This document shows positions 20,609 through 29,333 of a stretch of DNA of 64,000 bases, in pieces (position 1 is the stretch's first letter; every line of letters starts with the position of its first letter). The notes beneath the pieces are model-generated. The model searched no databases. It was given only the letters and a program-made list of their open reading frames with translations, and was not told the DNA's origin. Source of the stretch: Aliidongia sp. (lineage in GTDB: Bacteria > Pseudomonadota > Alphaproteobacteria > ATCC43930 > CGMCC-115725); NCBI GenBank assembly GCA_036821645.1, contig DAISJD010000001.1, positions 1,700 to 65,699 on the forward strand. The letters are read 5' to 3'. Made by a program: the position numbers and the translations under genes.

Positions 20609-20734
20609 GAGCACAGCGAGCACGACACTGAGCACAGCGAATACGACACTGAGCACAGCGAGCACGACACTGAGCACAGCGAGCACGACACTGAGCACAG
20701 CGAACAAGACTCTGAGTACGGCGAACAGGACTCT
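20609..20734. repeat. six tandem copies of a 21-bp unit (GAGCACAGCGAGCACGACACT and variants)
   Basis: Units at 20609, 20630, 20651, 20672, 20693 and 20714. Copies 1, 3 and 4 are identical, copy 2 has 2 changes, and copies 5-6 are more diverged. Located between two divergent GT4 genes and in frame with the downstream one. Confidence 0.9.
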
Positions 20735-20768
20735 TGACGAAGAGGCCAAAATCCGGGTTTTTACCGAG

Positions 20769-21959
20769 ATGACTCTGACCAAGACAACCCCGCACTCTCC
20801 CTATCGTCGGTTGCGCATCATTCACATCATTACCGGCCTGAACGCTGGCGGTGCGGAACATGCCTTGGAACAATTGATCGCCCATACGGATCGCACGCAG
20901 TACGATGTATCCGTCGTCTCACTGCTCAATCTCGGCACCGTCGGCCCGCGCCTCATCGATCAGGGCATTCCCGTCCTCGTCCTCGGCATGCAGCGCAAAC
21001 CGTCGGATTGCCTAAAACTCTGGCGTCTCATCCGGCATTTGCGCCGGGAAAAGCCCGATATCGTGCAGACTTGGCTCTACCATGCCGACCTTTTAGGGCT
21101 CATCGCCGCCAAGGCATCGGGCGTGCGGCATGTGTTTTGGAACGTGCGCGGCTCGCGCCTCGATCACCGGGCCTATCGCAATCGTTTTTGTTGGATCGAA
21201 TGGTTATTGGCCCTGTTGTCCCGCTGGCCCGATCAGGTGATCACGAATGCCCATGCGGCCCGGCTATCGCACGGGGCGGCAGGATATCGCCCGAAACGGT
21301 GGCACCTCATCCAGAACGCCATCGACGCGACACGCTTTCACCCGACACCCGGTGCCCGCGAGACACTCTGTCGGTGCTTTTCCTTGCCAGCCGATCACCC
21401 GATCATCGCCCATGTGGCACGGCTCGACCCGATGAAGGATCACAAGACCTTTCTTCTGGCCGCACAGCGTCTCGTCCATCAGGGGATTGCGGCAGAGTTT
21501 TTTATGATCGGCCGCGATGTGCAATCCGACAATGGGTTGATGCAAGAATTTCTGGCCGACCCGTTATTGGCACCGCATCTCCATTTCCTGGGCGAACGTC
21601 AGGATATCCATAGCCTGATGCCCGGTTTCGATATTTTTACCCTGACCTCCGCCTTCGGCGAGGGATTCCCCAACGTGCTGGCCGAGGCCATGGCCTGCGG
21701 TGTTGCCGTCGTTGCGACCGATGTCGGCGATGCCGCCCTCATCGTCGGTGAAACCGGCCATCTCGTGGCCCCGCGCGATCCCGATGCGATCGTCGCCGCT
21801 TGGCGTCACCTCATTGAAAATCCGGCCCGCCGCCATGAGATCGCAACCGCCGGGCGGATGAAAATTCAGGCGCAATTCAACCCCGAACAGATGGCTGCGG
21901 CCTATCACGACCTTTATCAAACTTGTTGCACCCCCCCGCAAAGCCGTGCAAAGAACTGA
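20769..21959 (+). CDS. glycosyltransferase family 4
   Basis: IITGLNAGGAEHAL N-terminus. EGFPNVLAEAMACGVAVVATDVG near the C-terminus. Conservative start ATG 20769. An in-frame upstream ATG at 20607 would add a (STASTTL)n repeat. Confidence 0.75.
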   Translation: MTLTKTTPHSPYRRLRIIHIITGLNAGGAEHALEQLIAHTDRTQYDVSVVSLLNLGTVGPRLIDQGIPVLVLGMQRKPSDCLKLWRLIRHLRREKPDIVQTWLYHADLLGLIAAKASGVRHVFWNVRGSRLDHRAYRNRFCWIEWLLALLSRWPDQVITNAHAARLSHGAAGYRPKRWHLIQNAIDATRFHPTPGARETLCRCFSLPADHPIIAHVARLDPMKDHKTFLLAAQRLVHQGIAAEFFMIGRDVQSDNGLMQEFLADPLLAPHLHFLGERQDIHSLMPGFDIFTLTSAFGEGFPNVLAEAMACGVAVVATDVGDAALIVGETGHLVAPRDPDAIVAAWRHLIENPARRHEIATAGRMKIQAQFNPEQMAAAYHDLYQTCCTPPQSRAKN

Positions 21960-22056
21960 TCTTCGCGATGCGTGCCGCACAATATCGCCCCGCCGACGCG
22001 GCCCCGATCGGCCTCAATGCTATTTTTGCCTTTAACCAATCGAGTGAGAAAACACG

Positions 22057-23022
22057 ATGAGCATTCTTGTCACCGGGTCGGCGGGGTTCATCGGGTTCCA
22101 TGTTTGCCAGGAATTGTTGCGCCAAGGCCATCATGTCTATGGTCTCGACAATCTAAACGATTATTACGACGTGCGCTTGAAGCAGGCCCGGCTCGACCAA
22201 TTGACCGCGCACCGCCATTTCAGTTTCGTAGCGGGGGATATTTGCGACACGGCCGCATTTCAGCCGCTGGCCCGTCTGGGCATTACTCGCATCGTCCATC
22301 TTGCAGCCCAAGCGGGCGTGCGCCATTCCCTGACGGCACCGCGCGACTATAGCCGCAGCAACCTTGTGGGACAGCTCGAACTGCTTGAATTCGCCCGTGG
22401 GTTGGATCGTCTCGACCATCTCGTCTATGCCAGTTCGTCCTCGGTTTACGGGGCCAGTCCGGTCCAGCCCTTTTCCCTGGCCGACCGCTGCGATACGCCG
22501 CAATCGCTCTATGCCGCGACCAAACGTGCGGGCGAATTGATGGGGTACAGCTACGCGCATCTTTACGGTCTTGCCATGACGGGCCTCAGGTTCTTCACGG
22601 TCTATGGCCCTTACGGCCGCCCCGACATGGCCCCCTACCTCTTCACCCGCGCCGTCCTCGAAGGCAAACCGATCCGCCTGTTCAATAACGGCGATATGGA
22701 ACGGGATTTCACCTATATCGACGATATCGTCACCGGTATTCTGTCGGCGCTCGACACCCCGCCCACCGGCACGCCGCCGCACCGGGTCTTCAATCTCGGC
22801 AATCACCGGGCGGAAAATCTGCGCCGGTTCGTGGCGGTGATCGAGGCTGCGTGCGGGCGCACGGCAGAGATCGAACTGGCCCCGATGCAGCCGGGCGATG
22901 TCCGCACGACCTATGCCGATATCAGCGAAACCCAGGCGATCTTGAATTTTTCCCCCACCACCACGATTGACGAGGGCATTCCGCGTTTCGTTTCCTGGTA
23001 CCGGTCGTTTTACGGGGTTTAA
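22057..23022 (+). CDS. NAD-dependent epimerase (UDP-glucuronate 4-epimerase-like)
   Basis: MSILVTGSAGFIGFHV Rossmann start, YAATK catalytic motif, 321 aa. Confidence 0.75.
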   Translation: MSILVTGSAGFIGFHVCQELLRQGHHVYGLDNLNDYYDVRLKQARLDQLTAHRHFSFVAGDICDTAAFQPLARLGITRIVHLAAQAGVRHSLTAPRDYSRSNLVGQLELLEFARGLDRLDHLVYASSSSVYGASPVQPFSLADRCDTPQSLYAATKRAGELMGYSYAHLYGLAMTGLRFFTVYGPYGRPDMAPYLFTRAVLEGKPIRLFNNGDMERDFTYIDDIVTGILSALDTPPTGTPPHRVFNLGNHRAENLRRFVAVIEAACGRTAEIELAPMQPGDVRTTYADISETQAILNFSPTTTIDEGIPRFVSWYRSFYGV

Positions 23023-23070
23023 CCGCTTTCCCCCCTGCCCGATAAGAACCTTGTGAAGGCTGCTCCTGCC

Positions 23071-23643
23071 ATGACGACACACCGCGCCCTCATCCTCGAC
23101 CGCGACGGCGTCATCAATTGCGATCACGGCTATGTGTACAGGCCGGTCGATTGCGATTTCGTCGATGGTATTTTTCCGCTGCTTCGTCTATTCACGGCTT
23201 ATGGCTTCGGCTTGGTCATCGCCACCAATCAATCCGGCATCGGTCGGGGATTGTATGACGAGGCCGCGTTTCGAACCTTCATGACATGGATGCAGCAGGT
23301 TATGGCCGGTGAAGGCATCGTGATTGATGCGATCTATCATTGCCCGGATCACCCCACGGCAGGGATCGGCCCCTATCGTCGCGACAATCCCTGGCGCAAA
23401 CCGGCCCCCGGCATGTTTTTGGCCGCCTTGGCCGATGGCGGCTATGCGGCCGAACGCTGTTGGTCGATCGGCGACCGCACGAGCGATCTCGAGGCGGCCA
23501 AGGCGGCCCGGATCGGCACGCGCATCAGGCTTGCCCCTGAAACCACCCTGCCCTTGCTGCACCCGGACGGCCATTGGTCAGTGCCTCACCTCGATGCCGT
23601 GTGCCCGTTGCTACGCGCCGATGAAAGGTGTCGGGCGCAATGA
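23071..23643 (+). CDS. gmhB: D,D-heptose 1,7-bisphosphate phosphatase (HAD-IIIA, GmhB-like)
   Basis: LILDRDGVIN (DxDG), IATNQSGIGRG, KPAPGM, GDRTSD motifs. Confidence 0.7.
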   Translation: MTTHRALILDRDGVINCDHGYVYRPVDCDFVDGIFPLLRLFTAYGFGLVIATNQSGIGRGLYDEAAFRTFMTWMQQVMAGEGIVIDAIYHCPDHPTAGIGPYRRDNPWRKPAPGMFLAALADGGYAAERCWSIGDRTSDLEAAKAARIGTRIRLAPETTLPLLHPDGHWSVPHLDAVCPLLRADERCRAQ

Positions 23644-24746
23644 CGAACGTGCTGCTATGGCATTGGGGGCGGCGGGGCGGCGGCCCGAAATATACCTTGG
23701 ACCTCGCCCGGTCCCTCTCGGCAGTGGCCGATTGCACGCTGCATCTTTCCCTGTCGCGTCAGGCGGAAATCTACGACGATCTCGTGGCGCTGGGCCTGCC
23801 GGTCCATGGGATCGATACCTACCACAATCGCCGCACCGCCCTCATCGCGACGTTGAAGCTGTCGGGCTTGCGACGGCATTTTTCGCGTATCCTGACCCAG
23901 AATGACATCGGTGCCGTCATCTCGACCATGTCGCATCTTTGGTCCCCGTTCATGGTCGACCGGGTGCGGGATGCCGGGGCGAAGTTGATCACCGTCGTCC
24001 ATGATGCCGTGGCCCATCCGGGCGACGAATATCCGTTCCGGCGTCTGATGATGATGCTGGAACTGCGCTATGCCGATCATGTCGTGACCTTGACCCAGGC
24101 GGTGGCGGACCAATTGATGCGCCATCATCAGATCCCCGCCCATCGGATCAGCGTCATCCCCCATGGCGTGTTTCAGTTCGGCACCGCCCCGATCCGGGTC
24201 CGCACCGCCCCACAAAATCGTCCGTTGCAGTTTTTATTCTTCGGGCGGCTTCTGCCGTATAAGGGGCTTGACCTGCTGCTCGATGCGATCGACGGTATGC
24301 CGCCGGATCTGCCCTTTACGGTGCATATCGCGGGATCGGGCGATCCGGGCCCGCTTCTGCCCCGGCTCATGGCCTCGCCCCGCATCACCCTCGATCATCG
24401 TTGGATCCCGGAATCCGAAATTGCCGGGATCTTGGACCGGGCCGACCTCATCCTCGCCCCCTATCGCGAGGCGAGCCAGTCGGGCGTGTTGGCCGCCGCC
24501 TACGGTGCGGGCCTGCCCATGATCGTCACGCCCATCGGCGGCTTGCCGGAACAGGTGGCCCCCCACGGGGCGGGCCTCGTCGCGGCCGATCTTTCGCCCA
24601 CCGCCTTTGCCGCCGCCATGACCCGGATGGTGCGGGAACCCGGCCTCTATACCGCCGCCGCCGCCGCCAGCGTCAAAACCGCCGAGGGTCCGTTCGCCTG
24701 GTCGACCATCGCCCGCCAGTTCGCCGATCTCGTCCATCGGGTATAA
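23640..24746 (+). CDS. glycosyltransferase family 4
   Basis: ATGA overlap with the gmhB stop. C-terminal YREASQSGVLAAAYGAGLPMIVTPIGGLPEQV GT1/GT4-type motif. Confidence 0.7.
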   Translation: MTNVLLWHWGRRGGGPKYTLDLARSLSAVADCTLHLSLSRQAEIYDDLVALGLPVHGIDTYHNRRTALIATLKLSGLRRHFSRILTQNDIGAVISTMSHLWSPFMVDRVRDAGAKLITVVHDAVAHPGDEYPFRRLMMMLELRYADHVVTLTQAVADQLMRHHQIPAHRISVIPHGVFQFGTAPIRVRTAPQNRPLQFLFFGRLLPYKGLDLLLDAIDGMPPDLPFTVHIAGSGDPGPLLPRLMASPRITLDHRWIPESEIAGILDRADLILAPYREASQSGVLAAAYGAGLPMIVTPIGGLPEQVAPHGAGLVAADLSPTAFAAAMTRMVREPGLYTAAAAASVKTAEGPFAWSTIARQFADLVHRV

Positions 24747-24840
24747 ATTTCCCGCGTCCGGGCGTGGGTATGCTTGCCAAGACCCTGCCGCCCTTTTATG
24801 GTGTAACGCTATAAAATCGCAACCGGGGAGGGTTTTTCTG

Positions 24841-26604
24841 ATGCCAAGCGTCATCGTGATCGGGGGCGGCATCGGCGGATTGACCGCCGCCCATGAATTG
24901 GTCGATCGCGGCTTCGATGTCGCCATTTACGATATGCGCCGGGTGCGCGGCGGCAAGGCCCGGTCACTCTCGGTGCCCGGCACGGGTACGGGCGGGCGCG
25001 CCGACCTGCCCGGCGAACATGGGTTTCGGTTTTTTCCCGGTTGCTACAAGCATTTGCCCGACTCAATGGCGAAAATCCCGCGCCCCGGCGGCGGCACCGT
25101 GCTGGACAATCTGGTCGATGCGCGCACCGTCCTGCTCGCCCGATACGACAAACCGGGCTATCGTTTCGAGGCGTCGATCCCCGACACGCCGCTCGACTGG
25201 TTCATGCAACTCTATAACAGCTTTCGTCTCATCGATAAGGTCGGCCTCGACGATGTGCTGTTCTTCACCATGCGGCTTTTTCAAGTGGCGACCAGTTGCC
25301 AGGACCGCCGTCTGAAGGAATTGGAGGCGCAATCCTGGTGGGATTTTGTCGGGGCCGCCACCCGGTCCACAGCATATCAACAATTCATGGCCGAGGGCCT
25401 GTCCCGGTCCCTGGTCGCGGCGCAAGCGAAATTGGCCAGTGCCCGCACCATCGGTCAGGTTCAGGTGGCGCTGGCCGAAACCGTCTTCACCGGCAAACCC
25501 GCCATGGACCGGGTGTTGAACGGGCCGACCAACGATGTGTTCCTCAATCCCTGGATCGATCTTTTAAAGGAAAAGGGTGTTCCCTATCACAATCCTTACG
25601 AGATTCTCGCCATCGAATGCGACGGCGAGACGATCACCGGTGTGAGGGTCGCCCCTGCGGGTCAGCCGGAGGCGGTCCAACATCTCACCGCCGATTATTA
25701 CGTCGCCGCCATCCCGATCGAACGGATGGCCGAGCTGGTCACCCCGGCCTTGAAACGGGCGAACCCCGCCTTTGAGGGCATGCTGAAAATCGCCCCCAAT
25801 GTCCGTTGGATGAACGGGATTCAGTTTTATTTGAAGACCGACGTGCGGGTCAATGACGGCCATACCCTCTATCTGTCGACGCCTTGGGCGCTGACCTCCG
25901 TGTCGCAGGCGCAATTCTGGGTCAAATCGATCCCGGATACCTGGGGCGACGGCACGGTCAAGGGGATTTTGTCGGTCGATATTTCCGAATGGCTGGTCGA
26001 TGGCGATTGCGGTCAGAAAAAACCGGCCAAAGCCTGTACCGCCGAAGAAATCGCGATGGAGGTCTGGGCCGAATTGAAGCGCAGCCTGAATGTCGGCGGG
26101 GTGACCTTACTTGACGATACCATGCTGCATTCCTGGTTCCTCGACCCGGATATCGAAATCAAAAACCCGCCGGAATATGGCGAAACCACCAATCTCGAAC
26201 CGCTGTTCGTGAATTTCGTCAATAGTTGGCCGCTGCGCCCGACCGCTGCGACCGCGATCCCCAATTTGGTCTTAGCCTCCGATTACGTGCAATGCGAGTC
26301 CGATCTCGCCTGCATGGAAACGGCGAACGAGGCCGGACGCCGGGCGGTCAATGCGATTTTGGCGACAAGCGGGTCGAACGCCACGCCCTGCACCCTCTTT
26401 CCCATGGATATGCCCGCCCTGTTGAAGCCGCTGCGCGATCTGGATCAGATCCGCTTCGATCTGGGCCTGCCCTGGACCCCGTTCGGGATCGGCGATCTGG
26501 CCTTGGTCGAGGCCGGCCACGAATTCCACGAACTGGCCCACCATCTGGCGGGCGATCTGGAACGCGACGCAGCAGCCGCCCTGCATTTCCTGCATCGGCT
26601 TTAA
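24841..26604 (+). CDS. FAD-dependent oxidoreductase (amine oxidase / phytoene desaturase-like fold)
   Basis: VIVIGGGIGGLTAAHEL dinucleotide-binding start. 587 aa. Substrate unknown. Confidence 0.65.
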   Translation: MPSVIVIGGGIGGLTAAHELVDRGFDVAIYDMRRVRGGKARSLSVPGTGTGGRADLPGEHGFRFFPGCYKHLPDSMAKIPRPGGGTVLDNLVDARTVLLARYDKPGYRFEASIPDTPLDWFMQLYNSFRLIDKVGLDDVLFFTMRLFQVATSCQDRRLKELEAQSWWDFVGAATRSTAYQQFMAEGLSRSLVAAQAKLASARTIGQVQVALAETVFTGKPAMDRVLNGPTNDVFLNPWIDLLKEKGVPYHNPYEILAIECDGETITGVRVAPAGQPEAVQHLTADYYVAAIPIERMAELVTPALKRANPAFEGMLKIAPNVRWMNGIQFYLKTDVRVNDGHTLYLSTPWALTSVSQAQFWVKSIPDTWGDGTVKGILSVDISEWLVDGDCGQKKPAKACTAEEIAMEVWAELKRSLNVGGVTLLDDTMLHSWFLDPDIEIKNPPEYGETTNLEPLFVNFVNSWPLRPTAATAIPNLVLASDYVQCESDLACMETANEAGRRAVNAILATSGSNATPCTLFPMDMPALLKPLRDLDQIRFDLGLPWTPFGIGDLALVEAGHEFHELAHHLAGDLERDAAAALHFLHRL

Positions 26605-27142
26605 CAGGGGTCCGCACGCAGGTTGTGCGAAACGTCATCGGTGGATCGCCGCACACGGGCGATCCACCCGAACCGGAACCCCATCGATGGGCCCGTATCG
26701 ACCACAAAGAGTTTCAGACTACGCGACATGGTTCGGGAACATCCACGCGCGCGCGGCTGATTTTCTCTTCACGACCCACCACGGATGCCTGGGGCAGCGG
26801 CAAGTCTTGCTCGCTTAACAAGCGTAAAACCTCGCCATAGGTCGCACCATCCAGGCGGCGACGCAATTCAAGGGCGGGCATTTCTCCGTGGGAGAAGGCT
26901 TCGAGCGCCCGTTTTTATTTTTCCTGCATCGCGACAAAACCCCCTTTCATGCCAGTCTATGCTAAACTTGTCGCCCGGTTAAATTCAAGAACGCGTTTTA
27001 AACGGTTTTTGCATCGCATATCGTTTCCACACGCGAAGAGCACCGGCACTGTGTCGGCCCATGATCGCCTGGAGAGCGGCCGCCCCAATCCGAAAACGAC
27101 GGGAACCCCTTGATCTCTCGACAAGCCGGGCGCATTCTGGGT

Positions 27143-27173
27143 CGCGATCCGGTCGCGGATCACGGGTTTTTTT
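27143..27173 (+). terminator. intrinsic-terminator-like hairpin plus T7 run
   Basis: CGCGATCC / GGATCACG stem (7 of 8 pairs, 6-nt loop), then GG and TTTTTTT (27167-27173). No credible ORF upstream of it. Confidence 0.35.
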
Positions 27174-27239
27174 CGTGCACCCCCATGTCACGGGACGGGA
27201 AAAACGGGGCCGATAGGGCCGATCCGCAACCGGCGACCA

Positions 27240-27391
27240 AGGGGCGATAAAAATACTATTGTATGTTTTCAGCGCAAAAATCGGTGGAAAAAAATGTGGT
27301 TAATGCCCCAAAAACCCTCCGAAAACCCAAATTTTTTTTCAGCAAAATCGCCCCTAACTTATTGCTTGCATATGGACTTTCCCTAGGATAC
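27240..27391 (+). promoter_or_regulatory. putative AT-rich CRISPR leader
   Basis: AT-rich stretch directly upstream of repeat 1. Contains TTGCTT-N16-TAGGAT (27362-27389) as a possible sigma70-type promoter. Orientation is inferred from the degenerate repeat lying at the far end. Confidence 0.4.
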
Positions 27392-27888
27392 CTTGTCGTT
27401 ACCCCCGCCATGAGGGCGGATTGCAACTCCCTGCCGCGTGTTGAAGGCGAGATGGGCTTGTCGTTACCCCCGCCATGAGGGCGGATTGCAACCGCTCATC
27501 GTAAAGCGCGTTGATCTGCTGACTTGTCGTTACCCCCGCCATGAGGGCGGATTGCAACACATCGTATGCGTGAAGAAACTTTAAATCTCTTGTCGTTACC
27601 CCCGCCATGAGGGCGGATTGCAACTGCGTTCCGCAAGGTTTCCGATCCCGCCAACTTGTCGTTACCCCCGCCATGAGGGCGGATTGCAACTCCGATTTCC
27701 AAGACTCAGGGTCAGCTTTCACTTGTCGTTACCCCCGCCATGAGGGCGGATTGCAACTTCTGCATTAGCAAGCTTTATAAGCAAATCCTTGTCGTTACCC
27801 CCGCCATGAGGGCGGATTGCAACCCGCGCGGACTGGACTTGATAAGCTTCAACTTGTCGTTACCCCCGCCATGAGGGCGGATTGCGAC
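27392..27888 (+). CRISPR. CRISPR array: 8 x 36-nt repeat CTTGTCGTTACCCCCGCCATGAGGGCGGATTGCAAC, 7 unique spacers of 29-31 nt
   Basis: Repeats start at 27392, 27457, 27523, 27589, 27655, 27722, 27788 and 27853. Repeats 1-7 are identical and repeat 8 has one A-to-G change (..ATTGCGAC). Internal hairpin CCGCC-ATGAG-GGCGG. All spacers differ. Confidence 0.9.
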
Positions 27889-28079
27889 CGGTGGGGCGGA
27901 ACGATGCTTCTTGCCCCTCACCCCGCTACGGGTGCCAGTGTCGGCAATTGAGCGATGCCGCCATATCCTCGGCATGGGTCCAATATGGAGGCACATCGGA
28001 CATGGGGGGTGCGGTGCCCCCTACCCCGTTTGTCATTCTTCATCCGCAAAACGGTTGATCATCCCCGTCACGGCCATCG

Positions 28080-28101
28080 CCCCCGCGTAAGGGCGGGTTG
28101 C
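28080..28101 (+). repeat. decayed CRISPR-repeat relic
   Basis: CCCCCGCGTAAGGGCGGGTTGC matches the repeat core CCCCCGCCATGAGGGCGGATTGC at about 19 of 23 positions. Same orientation, about 190 bp beyond the last repeat. Confidence 0.35.
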
Positions 28102-28128
28102 CGGTGCGGGTCGCTTCCCCGCACCGGC
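28100..28128. terminator. perfect 11-bp stem-loop between the array trailer and the XRE gene stop
   Basis: GCCGGTGCGGG-TCGCTTC-CCCGCACCGGC. Lies 7 nt beyond the stop of the minus-strand XRE gene. No U-tract on either strand. Confidence 0.4.
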
Positions 28129-28134
28129 GGGACA

Positions 28135-28659
28135 TTACCGGTCGACACCGCCGTGATCGCCCCGGTGATCGCCGTTGATCGTGCGCAATAGATCCAGGAT
28201 CGGACGCAGTAGGGCCTCGTCCCGGATTTCGTTCAATTCGCGGCCCAATTCCAACCGCACCCGACTGGTCGGTTGGCGGTATTCGTCGGGATGGGCCAGG
28301 GCCGGATCGCCCCCCGCCGCCGCCTCGGCCGGGTCCGTGAAGGTAGCCAGCGGCACCTTGAAATAATCCGACAGTAAAATCAACGTGGCCAACGAGATCT
28401 TGTTCGTCCCCCGTTCGTATTTCTGCACCTGTTGAAACGTCAATCCGATCGCCTTGGCAACCGCCGTCTGGCTAAGCCCCGAGGCGACGCGCAACCGATG
28501 CAGCACGGACCCCACCACCAGATTGATATCCGGACGGGCAACGGCACGCGCCCGCCGCGTGCCGCCCGACGCTTTCTTCACCAATGCCGATGTTTCCTGT
28601 TTTGAACCGAGGGTGCGCGCCAAAACTTTGCTCCTTCTTTGTATGAATGAATCGTGCAA
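28135..28659 (-). CDS. XRE-family helix-turn-helix transcriptional regulator
   Basis: LRVASGLSQTAVAKAIGLTFQQVQKYERGTNKISLATLILLSDYF is a canonical Cro/C1 HTH. Confidence 0.7.
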   Translation of the reverse strand: MHDSFIQRRSKVLARTLGSKQETSALVKKASGGTRRARAVARPDINLVVGSVLHRLRVASGLSQTAVAKAIGLTFQQVQKYERGTNKISLATLILLSDYFKVPLATFTDPAEAAAGGDPALAHPDEYRQPTSRVRLELGRELNEIRDEALLRPILDLLRTINGDHRGDHGGVDR

Positions 28660-28778
28660 CCGAGGACACGTATTTACCCGTGACAGGCGTCCTTTATGCC
28701 GTTATATGCATACTAAAATGAGGATTTTGCACCCGATAAATCCAACCGTTCGGTTAAAAAGAGCAGAGTGAGACAAGC

Positions 28779-29333
28779 ATGAAGGTTAATTCAGAAACGA
28801 TCATCAGTCACGCCATCGATCTGTTCCGACTTCAGGGCTATCACAACACTTCCATGACCGATATTGCTGAATCTTGCGGTCTGATTAAAGGCAGTCTCTA
28901 CCACCACTTTAAAAATAAAGAAGAATTGGCGATTACCGCCGTCGAAAATGTTCATCGTTTTTTTCATAATCAAATTTTTTCGATTGCTTACGACAAATCA
29001 TTGAGCGGTTCTGCCCGTCTTGAAGCCATGACTCATAAAACAGAAGCCTTTTTTCTCAGTCGAGACGGCGGTTGCCTGATGGGCAATCTGGCCTTAGAGA
29101 TTATCGACACGGTTCCAGGTTTTCGCGATGTCTTAAAAAAATATTTTTCTGAATGGAACGATTGCTTCACCCATATTTATTTGGAAAAATTGCAAGAACC
29201 CATCGCCCGTCTCAAGGCGCAAAAGGCCGTTGCCGAGATTCAAGGAAGCCTGATGATGATGCGGATTTTCAAAGATCCCAACATCTTCAAACAAATGAAC
29301 GAAAATTTGATCAGTGATTTCATTAGACTATAA
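28779..29333 (+). CDS. TetR/AcrR family transcriptional regulator
   Basis: N-terminal HTH IISHAIDLFRLQGYHNTSMTDIAESCGLIKGSLYHHFKNKEEL. Confidence 0.8.
   Translation: MKVNSETIISHAIDLFRLQGYHNTSMTDIAESCGLIKGSLYHHFKNKEELAITAVENVHRFFHNQIFSIAYDKSLSGSARLEAMTHKTEAFFLSRDGGCLMGNLALEIIDTVPGFRDVLKKYFSEWNDCFTHIYLEKLQEPIARLKAQKAVAEIQGSLMMMRIFKDPNIFKQMNENLISDFIRL

Noticed and set aside
20436-20885. Minus-strand ORFs 20436-20885 and 20486-20782 spanning the 21-bp repeat (VLSVVLA-type repeats).
   Set aside because: These are artefacts of translating the tandem repeat. There is no start context or conserved domain, and they overlap the promoter region of both GT genes.
26785-27191. ORFs 26785-26982(+), 26957-27163(-) and 26985-27191(-) between the oxidoreductase and the CRISPR leader.
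   Set aside because: They are Arg/Pro-rich with no motifs and mutually overlapping frames. The region is better explained as non-coding or decayed DNA.
27392-27888. Assigning the CRISPR array to a specific type (I-C vs II/V), or calling 27060-27173 a tracrRNA feature.
   Set aside because: The repeat sequence looks I-C-like but its length and spacer size do not match. There is no effector gene in the window and the anti-repeat matches are only 6-7 nt. It is reported as a low-interest observation and is not annotated as an ncRNA.
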